A stretch of 64,000 bases of DNA from Selaginella moellendorffii (taxonomy: Eukaryota > Plantae > Lycopodiophyta): the NCBI RefSeq assembly GCF_000143415.4, contig NW_003314276.1:1336531-1400530 (forward strand), given 5' to 3'. The notes under the pieces were generated by a model, which worked only from the letters and a program-made list of their open reading frames with translations, did not search any database and had not been told where the DNA came from. Shown here piece after piece: positions 52,005 through 63,284 of this stretch; position 1 is the stretch's first letter, and the number at the start of each line of letters is the position of its first letter. Both the position numbers and the translations under genes were made by a program.

Positions 52005-52064
52005 TGAGGAGTGTACATGCGATTGTTAAGACTTGTGCTGACAGTTCCCTGTTTGTTCTCGAAA

Positions 52065-53070
52065 AGGGATATTGTCGATGCTATTGCTAATCATCTTGAA
52101 CTTTATAGAGAACTGCAAGCTTCCATTGGTGCCGACTATCTTGACACGGAAAAGTGATGAGAAAAATAGAGAAGAGCCTTGCATAACACCCGGCCGTGAG
52201 CTCTGTTGAAATGGAAATCCAGGTGGGTGTATTACATCTGCAACTAATTTTTCTCAGAAGAAGTTCACAGGTCCTTCAGTTGCAATCGTTTTGAGACCTG
52301 GAGAAGCGAACTGCAAAATAGTGCGTTTCTTTGCTGGCTTGTGAGTCAAGTGATGAACTTAGCGGCCGGCATCGAAGTGCCAGCTGAAATTTGCGCCGAT
52401 TCTTCTCGAAAATGAAAAACGGAGAGAGCAACAAATCGTTTCCACGTCTGCTTCAGTTTCCAGCGCCATCAGTGAAAAAGCGGAACACATTCAACACACC
52501 ACATCTATCCATCGCGTTTGCTCCTGAACACTTGGACAATGCGTGGAATTACAAGAGAAAGAACTAAGAAAACGGCGCCGAAAGGTGGTGGCTGAACAGT
52601 CCATGGTGCCAACGAAGGAATGTCCGAACTTCTCCTGCAGACAGCAAGCCTCGGAAACTGTGGAGGTTTATTGTTGTTGGCGAAGACAGCATCAGAGTGC
52701 GTAGCGGGGCAGCAGTGTGACATCATCTCCTGAAGCTTTTTCACGAAGAAAACATCCAAAAGACTCATCGCCATTGTCGATCACATAGCAGTGGACAAGA
52801 AACCAGTTCCTGGTGGAACCGTGGGCTATGCAAGGTAATGACGCATTTACATGTTCTCTAATCATTTAGCCTGCAGGTGCGCTCATTATGAAAAAGCTGG
52901 ATCCTTCGCTGTGTATTCTATCTTCATGTCGAATGTTGAACAGCAAGCTGTTTTGAGAAGGTCCGCTACAGAAATTTTTTCACGTCCTTTCATACAGATC
53001 GAAACTTTGAGCAGCCTCATTGGACATACCGCATTACACCACCAAAGCGGTTTTTATCTTTCAACCTGCG
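52065..53070 (+). pseudogene. Fragments of a PXA-PX sorting-nexin-like gene
   Basis: RDIVDAIANHLELYR..QASIG, HPAVSS and VLRP.E..C (PXA-like); AHYEKAGSFAVYSI...RR, RNFEQ, DIPHYT, PKRFLSS (PX-like). Contains stops and frameshifts. Confidence 0.6.
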
Positions 53071-53247
53071 TTTGGCGATTGCTTCTCGGTCATGAATACA
53101 CGTACTGGTATGTATCCTTCGGATGCTGATGAGAAGATGGCTATGGATCTGGCTGGCATGTTTCAGGTACGCATAAAATATCTGTGTCGATTTTGCTGCC
53201 AGGCGGCAGATCGTATGGATCGCAAAGCATGCTAGTGAATGGCTGAT

Positions 53248-53722
53248 GGATCCAATGCTTGAAGTGAGTGATGTTACAAGAGTTCAGGGGTGGTCTGACA
53301 TGTTTTCTTCTTCGTCTTTGTCACAGGTACTTGGTTCTTGATGGAGTCTCAAGGTAACTCCTACGCTCAAGAATTTAAATCGTATATATCATTCCCCATC
53401 ACATACTTCAATTGTGTGCTTTGTTTTCTGTCCTGTCAGGTATAAGAACGACCCTGAAATTCTGGCGATGACAAACCGTACCAGCTTTCGAGTTTGAGAA
53501 GATCCAGTCCGAATTGATTTGATTTTATCAGGCAGGCCAATGGGAAAAACGATAATGGACGACCATCAGAACAAGACAATGATGAGAGTTTTGATGGGAC
53601 GAAAACCATATATTCTCGGAATTACATCGAGGTGCTGAAGAACATCCGGACACGAGTACTATTGAAGCTAAGCCTTGCACCACCATTTATCTCGAAGGTA
53701 CGCTGCCATTGTGTAAAACAGG
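53248..53722 (+). pseudogene. Partial, intron-retaining duplicate of the 3' half of CSN2
   Basis: Colinear similarity to ~48892-49438 including intron sequences (GGATCCAATGCTTGAAGTGAGT; GTATAAGAACGACCCTGAAATTCT; CGGAATTACATCGAGG), with deletions. Confidence 0.9.
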
Positions 53723-53727
53723 ACCGC

Positions 53728-53951
53728 NNNNNNNNNNNNNNNNNNNNNNNNNNNNNNNNNNNNNNNNNNNNNNNNNNNNNNNNNNNNNNNNNNNNNNNNN
53801 NNNNNNNNNNNNNNNNNNNNNNNNNNNNNNNNNNNNNNNNNNNNNNNNNNNNNNNNNNNNNNNNNNNNNNNNNNNNNNNNNNNNNNNNNNNNNNNNNNNN
53901 NNNNNNNNNNNNNNNNNNNNNNNNNNNNNNNNNNNNNNNNNNNNNNNNNNN
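53728..53951. other. Assembly gap (N run)
   Basis: N characters. Confidence 1.
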
Positions 53952-53973
53952 CTGTTATTAGGGTGGTGGGAAG

Positions 53974-54876
53974 ATGGCAATAGAGAGGGTCCTCTGGTAC
54001 GATGGGAAGTGGACAGCTGCTGGAGGTCCAATTGATGACTGCTGGAACCCCATGTTGCCTGATTCTTTGACAATAGAGGGGACTCCTGGAGAGATGAAAC
54101 TTCCTTTAACATACAAGGACATAGACGATATAAAATTGTCTTTTCAGACAGAAAGAGGTGTGCTGCAAGTGGATTCCTCCAAAATTTCATACCCGGGCAA
54201 GTCTGACTTTATTTCAAAGACGGCTCACGACATAGCAGCGGTTGCGCTCTTGGTGATGGATGCTGGTTGTCTCCATGATATGGTGCTCAAAGTGAGGTTT
54301 AAGGGGATGCTCTTGATTGAGCACGATTTCAAGCTACAGAGAGGCAGAAACAAAGCAGATGGTAGGGTTTCAGGAACCATGGTCATCCAGCTCCCAGTGC
54401 ATAAGAGCAATGGAAGTATCGAAGTTAGCCATCCTGGTCGCTCAAGGAGCATAAACATATCCACTCCCTACCCAACGTGGGTCTGTGCCGTGTTTCTCAC
54501 AGGGGTTGACGTCAGGATAACGTATACTAAAGGAAGCCATATCTTTTTAGTGTTTGATATTGAGGGGTATAATACTATGAATGTAGAAAACACTGTTGGA
54601 AAGATTTCCTTGGCACTACCTCAAGTCCAACGGGTGCTTGAGCATGGGGCATGGGCAAGCTGGCATAGGCTGTTGATTGTTGCCATCACAACAAGGAGGG
54701 CAGTGAAAGGTTTGGAAGGTTTGGAAGGCCACAATCGTATCATTGTGTCTCTTCTTAAGAAATGTGGTTATGAAGTTCATCTTTGCACAGTCAAGAAGGA
54801 GGTGGATGGATATTCCATATCAAAATGGATTACAAAGGATAAGTATGGAAAATGGTATTTTGGTGAAAGGATGTAA
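53974..54876 (+). CDS. Intronless ORF resembling fungal/protist-type 2OG-Fe(II) oxygenase (prolyl-4-hydroxylase-like), iron ligands apparently lost
   Basis: MLLIEHDFKLQRGRNKADG..GTMVIQLP....GSIEVSH parallels KLLIY...F..HRD.EK..GMFGTLVI.LPS...GG.LVV.H, but HxD is absent. Confidence 0.5.
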   Translation: MAIERVLWYDGKWTAAGGPIDDCWNPMLPDSLTIEGTPGEMKLPLTYKDIDDIKLSFQTERGVLQVDSSKISYPGKSDFISKTAHDIAAVALLVMDAGCLHDMVLKVRFKGMLLIEHDFKLQRGRNKADGRVSGTMVIQLPVHKSNGSIEVSHPGRSRSINISTPYPTWVCAVFLTGVDVRITYTKGSHIFLVFDIEGYNTMNVENTVGKISLALPQVQRVLEHGAWASWHRLLIVAITTRRAVKGLEGLEGHNRIIVSLLKKCGYEVHLCTVKKEVDGYSISKWITKDKYGKWYFGERM

Positions 54877-54971
54877 TTGGTGGTGGTGGGGATATGAAAT
54901 TAGCACTGGTAGCACTGCACAAGAGTAAATGCTCAGAAGTCATATTTGAAAGAACAAAGGAACTGAAAGAA

Positions 54972-55071
54972 NNNNNNNNNNNNNNNNNNNNNNNNNNNNN
55001 NNNNNNNNNNNNNNNNNNNNNNNNNNNNNNNNNNNNNNNNNNNNNNNNNNNNNNNNNNNNNNNNNNNNNNN
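54972..55071. other. Assembly gap (N run)
   Basis: N characters. Confidence 1.
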
Positions 55072-57761
55072 TTTGCACATTTCTATACGTATTTTAACAC
55101 TTTGTTCTAACTAAAGGAAATTAAAAGTTATGTATATCAGAATAAACGAACGATATTTCTAAAGTCCCTGAAAACCCTAGGTGCTGACTATGCGTACCAC
55201 CATCCAGCTGCCGCCTTGGCATGGGGGCCTTTTCTTGCCATTGCCATCTTGGCCCTGTGGGGCCATGACCTGGAGTTAGTGACTGTGCAGCACTGTGGCT
55301 AAAACAAATAAAACTCCACATTTAAAACATTTTGCAACTTTTGTTGACTCAAAACTCATTCATGTTTTCAGTTTGAGTTTTTTCAACATTAAAACTCAGC
55401 ATATTGATCTCTAATGTACTTAAGAAAATTTTGTAAATAAAATTTTATTCACACACTATATTTTTGTAAGTAAAGTTCCAATAACAACTGATATTTATTC
55501 AACAGAATATAATATGATATATATCTAAACTTGAGTAAATGTTGTGGTTATAATTACTATCGAAGTTGGTAAAACAAAAATCAATTCACATTTAGTATTT
55601 CTATGAGAAATCTGTGATTATGATCCTCTCTGTAGCTCAGTTCAGCAAGAGTTCCGCCCCTTCAACAAAATTTCAAGCCTGAGACATTAAAGCTATTTAC
55701 AAATCCTAAACCACTAGTATTTCTATTGCAATTCTTTTAGGGAAACCCTTTTCATGCTTATTATTGAAAAATTATCATTCATAATTTATTTTTGAGAAAG
55801 TGAGGAAATACAAGTGTACTTAGTGGTCTTCAACACAAATCCATTTAAAGTTTGTAATAAGCAAAACTGTTAATTATGTTTAAGAATATTTTTGATATAT
55901 TATCATTCTATGGTATAGAGTGATAGGATCATGTTATAATCATGCCATTGGCAGTTACTGTATTTGATGTTTAGTGTTCATAAGGTGTAAAGTAAAATTT
56001 ATCTTTTCTTAACAAGGTTCATAAGGCTCAAAAGGTTAAACTATGAATTCAAAGGTTTTGTGTAAAAATCTTACATAATTTGTTGATAACTTGCCATTTT
56101 GGCATTTAATTTTCAATATTGGCTTAAGGACAACCTTCTTTATTTTGTAGGAATGGATCCTGATAATCATTTACTATTGGTGGTATAGAATCCTCATCTA
56201 AAAAATCCACAAATGCTTGAATAATAGGCTTATAAAAAATAAGAGAAGAAATCAAAATTTTATATTTTAACATTTATACCAATAACAAATTCCTAAACAC
56301 TCTGTGAAGATTTATTCATAACTATATATGATTCAAATTAGACCAATATTTTGGCCATCTTTTCCAAGACAAGACCATGAGTGTTTGTCTCTTACCTTAA
56401 TATATATTCAAATTATGCAAGAAAAATATATTAATATAAAATTTTATATATACAAATTTTGCAGTTTTTGGAAAATATAGTTATCTTACCTTCAGTACTA
56501 ATTTCTTCACCTTTTCAATCCAATGGTTTATGGTTGTGATTTTTTGTTCTTAAACTCTTCTCTAATTCATTTGTAATTTTCTTTAAATATTTAAAAATTA
56601 TCTTAATATTCTAAAAAATTATCAAGATTTTTTTATCCATCAAGATAGCTGCTTGTTAACAATAAGCTAACCAAGATTTATTGTTATGAGATACAAATTT
56701 TTGAGCCCCAAAGTGGAGCTAAAATAGTGCCATATGGTAGTGATCGAAGTGGAAGTCCAACAAGTGTAATATATTTGGACCAAAAGCCATGATTTGGGAA
56801 GTCGAGAGTGGGAATAAAACTCCAAACTAAGTGCTCGAGGAATGAGCATAAAGCAATTGGTGAATAAGTTTCTAAAAAGGACACAAGAAGGACTGACATA
56901 TGGCGATTGTTGTGACACATAAAAGTGTTAGGAATAAATCTGTGATGGGATCTGAGAAGGAGTCTGAGGTGGAGTCTGAGAAAGAGTCCAAGAAGGAATC
57001 CAAGATGGAGTTCAAGATGGACCCGAGATAGAGTCTGAGATGGAGTCCAAGATGGAGTCGAAGATGGAGTCTAAGATGGAGTTTGAGATGGACCTGAGAT
57101 GGACTCGAGATGGATCTAAGATGGCGTACGAGGTTAAGACCGAGACTAAGTCCGAGACTAAGTTTGAGATAGAGTCCAAGTTTGTGTTTGATTCCAAGTC
57201 CAAGTCCAAGTACGAAGGTGAAAGCCTAAAGCGATTGTCTCCCAGACACTAGGGGGTTTGGTGAGTTTAAAAGTATAGTAGGGGGAAAACTCTAATAGAG
57301 CCAATTTAGTTAGGAAAGGCCAGTGTGATGAAGGAAAGCTATACCCACATGTTGAGTGATGATATATGCACTAAGGAGTTCAAGGCTAGAGTGAGTACAG
57401 ACAAACATGCAGACAATCTAAGTGTGGGTGGCACTACCTACTTAGATACTTGGTGTGGCTCATCAAAACCTCGCTCTAGCCACATGGCTAGGGCACCCAA
57501 AGATGGAAGTGTAAGCTCCTGAATTTGGACTTCCCAGGAGGTCATTCAGCCCAGTATTATTCAAACCCAAAGATGCTTAACCCCAAATATCTCAAGACTC
57601 TTAACCAATTAGAAAAAGGGGTGTGCTCTTATTCATGGGCCTTTTCCCTCTATATTTGAACCCATGGATCGTCTCTCGAGTTGTTGTTCTCTTTGGTTGC
57701 TTACAATCTACCACGCTTCCCCGCAAGTTCATGCCCTCGTAAATGGAAGCTGAGAGTCATA

Positions 57762-58020
57762 GCTCTCCCGAGAGCCTTGCTCTCTTGACACCTTACCCCT
57801 TGGGTCGAGCCTAGCCGAAAGAAAACTAGACATGCCAGATGTCAATCAACATATGGTGTAATTCCCTTAGCCAATCAACAAAGTCGGACCTGCTCTCCCG
57901 AGAGCCCTGCTCTCTTAACACCCTACCCCTCGGGTCGAGCCCAGTCGGAAGCAAATTGGACTAGCCAGATGTCAATTAACATGTGGTGTAATTCCCTTAG
58001 CCAACAAATAGAGTCGGACC
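57762..58020. repeat. Two tandem ~130-bp units forming most of the TRIM internal region
   Basis: GCTCTCCCGAGAGCC...GGTGTAATTCCCTTAGCCAA...AGTCGGACC occurs twice. Confidence 0.9.
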
Positions 58021-58058
58021 CGAGACCAGTCTGATACCAAATGTAAGCTCATAAATTT

Positions 58059-58114
58059 GGATTTCCCGGGAGGTCACCCAGCCTAGTACTATTCAAACCC
58101 AAAAATGCTTAACT
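58059..58114 (-). promoter_or_regulatory. 5S-type Pol III internal promoter (A box, IE, C box) within TRIM LTR; second, more decayed copy at ~57527-57582
   Basis: Minus strand AGTTAAGCATTTTTGGGTTTGAATAGTACTAGGCTGGGTGACCTCCCGGGAAATCC versus plant 5S AGTTAAGCGTGCTTGGGCGAGAGTAGTACTAGGATGGGTGACCTCCCGGGAAGTCC. Confidence 0.85.
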
Positions 58115-59758
58115 CCAAATATCCCAAGACCCTTAACTGATTGGAAAAGGGGGTGCACTTTTATTCATGGGCCTTTTTCTTCTATATTTGAACCCCATGA
58201 ATCGTCTCTCGAGTCATTCTCTTTAGTTGCTTATAGGAAGGTGGGGAAAGTACCCATGAAGTTTATATAGGGCCACGGTGTTTTAAAATGTCATCCCAAA
58301 ATCCTAGACTATGAAAAAAAAGAGGAACAGTCCTCTAATGTAGTGACCAAGGATATGGTCACATGGTGAGGAAGTCCTAGAAGACAGTGGGACTTAGTGG
58401 TCAGGCTTTTAAGCTTTAACCCAATAGCAGTGTTGGCAAGCACGGCCGTGGATAAAAAAGGACTTAGTGGGAAAGGAAGAAGGGATATTGGGGAAGGGTG
58501 TTTCTTATGTCCCTAGGCATCCTAAGGGTGCTAAGGTATGGTCAAATCTTGACCACTCATAGACTAGGGTTTTTGAGAGACGGGATTATAATGCAAGTGG
58601 TCTTAGACTATTGATATAACAAAGGTGAATAAGAATGGCTTTAGTGTAACGAACTGATAAGTTGGTGGTACCTTTGGGTGTTAGTTATGAGACCAAACAT
58701 ATGGCACATTTGGACCAAGTGTAAAGGTTGAGTTGCATAAATGCCATTCATAGGGCTAGGGGAATCAAGCTAGGATCAAGATTTATGGAGCTTGTGAGTG
58801 AGATTCCTCTAAGTGGTTAAAAGTGTGGTTAAATGGCTAAAGTAGAATGGAAAAACTAATCCCTTACAATTTGGTATTGGAGCAATTCCTTAGTTCAACT
58901 CTTATTGGTAGTTAGGTATATCACCACTTGATATTAGCATTGGAAGGTCCCAAGAGGGGGTCTTCCTCGAGGAGTAGCATGTCGAGAGGGTATGACTCTC
59001 CACCTTAGTTCAAAGATGCACATGTTAACAATGTGGTGAATAAAAAGGCATCAATAAGGGAATGATTTTGGGATTTTGGGAATAATATAAACCTTTCTCA
59101 AAGAGTTGAGAATGTGATCCATAAAAGTGTTTGACTTAGCAAACTGGATAATGTGGTTGTGGTAAATAACAACAGTCGGGATCACGGGAATGGTGGAAAC
59201 TCCTGGACAATAAAGAAGTCATAAAATTATTCTCATATAATTAAGGATGGTGTTCAAGAATTTGAGATTGGAGTTGATAACTGTAGGAAGTCAAATACGG
59301 ATAAGGACATAAGTTTTTGAAATAGTAGCCAGGGCTACCTTAAATAAATGCTGGAACGACCCAAGGGGTTGAGGGTGTACTTAGATGATGAGTTGATGTT
59401 CTCATCATATGGACAGATAGTCCTAATGGGCAAAGGTAACCTGCATGGAATAAAAGATAATCAAGTGTCGGAGTAACACTTGTCAAGATGGTCCTTGTGA
59501 GTAAGATATGAATGCAAGAAGTTGTATTTTAGCAAGCTAGTGCCTCAAAAGTAGGACCTTACAAATCATTAAATTAGCAAAGTTCAAAAGCTGGATGACT
59601 CAAGTTGAGTCAAGGAATGGTCCTAAAGTATTTGTGGAAGCATTTGGATTGAGGTATGTTCTACCTTATGAAGGATAGAGAGGATTATAAGATCCAAGTA
59701 TAAGAACAATAGGTATCTCATTGATGCCAGAATGTGCCATACTAAAGTTGTGGGAAAG

Positions 59759-61486
59759 TGTGAAACACAAATCCCTAAACCCCAAAGTGGAGCTGAAAGG
59801 GTGCGATATGGTAGTGGTTAAAGCAAAAGCCAAACGAGCATAACACATTTGGACTAAAAGTTCCAACTTGAAAAGTTGAGAGCAAAAGTGGAACTCCTAA
59901 TGAAGGGCTTGGGGAACGAGCATGAAATGAGCAATAAGTGAGTCTTTAGAAAAAAGACACAAGAGGACCAACACATAACACATGGAAGTGTTGAGATAGA
60001 GTCTGAAGAGGAGTCTAAAATGGACCTGAGGTGGACCTGAGTTGTAGTTCGAGATAGAGTCTGAGATGGAGTTCAAAATGGAGTCTGAGATAGAGTCTGA
60101 GATGGAGTTTAAGATGGACCCAAGATGGAGTTCAAGATGGACCTGAGATAGAGTCTGAGATGGAGTCTGAGATGGACTCAAGATGGAGTCTAAGATGGAC
60201 CCAAGATGGAGTCCAAGATGGACCCGAGATAGAGTCCGAGATGGAGTTCGAGATGGACCCAAGATGGAGTCCGAAATGGACCCAAGATGGAGTCGAAAAT
60301 GAACTCAAGATGGAGTTTGAAATAAACTTAAGATGGACCTAAGATAGAGTCTGAGATGGACCTGAGATAGAGACCAAGATTGAGACCTAGACCAGGACCG
60401 AGATTGAGACCAAGACCAAGTCCAAATTTGAGTTCGAGACCAAAATTAAGTCTAAGTCCGAGTCCAAATCCAAATACTAATACAAACTGTGGGATGAAAG
60501 CCCAAAATGATTGTCCCCCAAAGCAGGGGGTTCCAAAAGTATAGTAAGGAGAGTGTGGGGGTTGGACTCCAGTAGAATTAGTTTGGCCAAGAAAGGCCAG
60601 TGTGACTAAAGAAGGCTATATCCACATATTGGGTGATAATATATTCACTAAGTAGTCCAAGGGTAGAGTGAATACAGATAGATAAGAGGGGTAGCTTAGT
60701 GAAGTGTTCAAGAGCCAGCTTTAACTCTCTTAGGAGATCGAATGGTCAATATTCCTAATCCAAGTATGGGTGGCACTATTTATTTGGATACCTGGCGTGG
60801 CTTATTGGAACCTCACTCTAGCCACATGGCTAGGGCACCCAAAGGTGGAAGGTGGGGAAAGTATCCACAAAGTTCACGTAAAGCTATAGTGTTCCGAAAT
60901 GTTGTCCCAAAGTCTCGGACTGTGGAAAGGAAGAGAAACAATCTTCTGGTGTAGAGACTAAAGATACGGTCACATGTTGAAGAAGTCCTAGAGGTCAATG
61001 GGACATAGTGGTCGGGCTTTTGTGCCTTGACAAAGTGGCAGTATTAGCGAACATGGTCGTGGACGGAAAAAGACTTTGTGGGACCAAAAAAGGGATATGG
61101 GGGAAAGCTATTCCCCATGTCTGAGGGCATCCCAAGGATGTTAAAGAGAGGATTTGGGATGATCACTCATAGATGGATGGCTTAACCTTTAAGAAACAAG
61201 ACTATGATGTAAGTGGTGTTAAATCATTAGTGTGACAAAGGTGAATGGGCATAGCTTTAGTGTAATAGATTGATACATTGGTGGTACCTTTGGGTGTCAG
61301 TTATGGGATCGGACACATGGAGCATTTGGATTAAGTGCAAAGGTTGATTGGCATGGATGCCATTTTTGGGGCTTGCAAGTTCCCAAGTCTAGAATAGGAC
61401 TTATAGAGGTTGTGAGTGAGACTCCTTCAAGTGGTTAAAAGTGTGGTTAAGTGATTAAAGTAGAATAGAAAATCTAATCACTTACA
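59759..61486 (+). mobile_element. Solo LTR of the LARD-like family inserted in the internal region of a same-family element
   Basis: TG...CA termini, near-TSD GAAAG/AAAAG. The flanks rejoin to match the uninterrupted sequence at ~7750-7780. Confidence 0.9.
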
Positions 61487-62689
61487 AAAAGGTGTTTTTG
61501 AAAAAAAGCAACTTTTATGCAGAGTTGTGTGTGAACACTATGGTGTAGTGCTAATTGATAGTTGGTATAAAAAATGATTGTTTTGGTCTTGGCAAAGACT
61601 GAGACATGAGTAAAAAATGTCATGAAAGTAAGCTTATAGAGTTGATAGGGTACATACCCCAAGTGTCTGAAGGGATAAGGCTTTGAAGTCAAGTTGTTTG
61701 GTTCATGAGAACCCTTTGCCAAAGGAATTTTAATGGAAATAGGATTTGCATAACCTAAATTAGAAAGATTCAAATATGTGGATTTTAATAATGATGGAGG
61801 TGTTGAAGCACTAGCAATAAGTTATAGGATTTGATGACTAGAAGGTAACTAAGCAAAATATATGGCATAATTGATTGAATTGGTAAAAATCAATTTCCCA
61901 AGACTTTTTATTAGGATAAGAAGGAAGATAAATATATCCCTTAAGGGATAAATTGCTTATGTTGCAATATAGTGAGTCAAGATTATAAAAGAAAATGCTT
62001 AATGTAAAAAAAGTCCATTAATTGAACACCTAAGCACTCTAAAACATCTAGGAAATGGTGTTAGGTATCATGAAGGCATTAAATAAGGTTCTAAAGACTA
62101 AGTCCCTAAAGAATAATAGATGCAAGATGCTATCCAATGTCTAAAGTTATGGAAAGTTAGAGACGGGAGAAGTCTATCTATCTAAAATTGAACAAAGCAA
62201 AAAAAAAAAAAAGGATTTTGGCTAGGCTACAAAGGCCCATGAGTAGCAACATTAATCTTAATGTGTGGGATTACAACATAAGCATATCTAGATTAAAAAA
62301 CCACTTCTTAAGCCATCAAGTAGATTCACCCCTAAGAATACTTGCTAAAGCATGGTAGAAAGTAATTCTCCATTCCTAATTTGTATAACCACCCTTGGCT
62401 ATACTTTTCAATTTCTATGGTTCGGTTCTATCCTCTTATTACTTGCTTTCGGCCTTACATATTTCTTTTGGTTATTCTTCCTGTAAGGTAAGAGAATAGT
62501 TTTATTTTATGAGCCCAAGAGCAAACTCACAAAATATGGTACAAAAAGTAACTAAATCTATATCCAAGGAATGAATGCGAAGTCTTTGCATCTAAACGTG
62601 TACCCACTCAAATCATCATTTTCATTTCTACGTATGTAATGAGACTAGTTGCCCAATCTCATTAAATAGTACTTATTGAGACTTGTCCT

Positions 62690-63200
62690 TTGATACCAAA
62701 TGTAGTGTATGAAGTTTTCACCCTTTATTCTATGGTGATATACCATAGGATAATCACGAAGTAGAACTTAAACCCTCCATATGTCATGTGTCACATGCCA
62801 TATACCACATGTCATATGTCCCAAGGACATGGAAGTGGAACCTAAGTTTTAGGGTCTTGGGCCACTAAATGAAGATATAGAGCAAAACTTCTAAGCTTAC
62901 AACTAAGGAATGAAAGAACTAAAGCATGGAGTGACTCTTGAGTGTTTAGCCCAAGGAACTAAGGAATAGAAGCATGGAGTGACTTGGAAAAGTTTTAGAG
63001 TTTCCAACATCCCAATACCAAAACTAGCACACAAAAAGGAGCCAAACAGAGTTTAAGAATACCAGTGGCTTAACATGAGGATATGGGTACTCCACCAAGT
63101 AGCATGATATGGAAATTGGGCTTAGACCCAAGTCGGACGCAAAACAAGGATAGACCCAAGTCAAACACAAAACAAGGATAGATATGCAAGAAAAATTAAA
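62690..63200 (-). mobile_element. LTR retrotransposon fragment (PBS + LTR edge)
   Basis: TTTGATACCAAA|TGTAG: minus-strand PBS adjacent to an LTR end at 62701. Extent uncertain. Confidence 0.5.
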
Positions 63201-63284
63201 TTATATCTCAAGTTGTTCAACCATACCCAATTTACCCACTATCCCTATTATATATTAATTGATATAAATTTGAGTTTATCTTCT

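Larger units (their letters stand above)
57510..58235 (-). mobile_element. TRIM with 5S-rRNA-derived segment in both LTRs (Cassandra-like)
   Basis: LTRs 57510-57705 and 58042-58235. Perfect TSD GGAAG (57505-57509, 58236-58240). Minus-strand PBS TGGTATCAGAC and PPT GGGGAAGCGTGGTAG. The LTR segment GGATTTCCCGGGAGGTCACCCAGCCTAGTACTATTC...GCTTAACT is the reverse complement of the 5S internal control region. Confidence 0.92.
56685..62482 (+). mobile_element. Older, truncated copy of the LARD-like family (5' LTR 56685-58868 plus partial internal region) carrying two nested insertions
   Basis: LTR and internal sequence colinear with 5246-8770. PBS TGGTATTGGAGC at ~58872. Many C>T/G>A changes relative to the left copy. 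Confidence 0.88.

Noticed and set aside
57527-58114. 5S rRNA gene
   Set aside because: Only the internal control region (~56 nt) matches; the 5' part and the terminator of a 120-nt 5S gene are absent, and both copies lie in LTRs.
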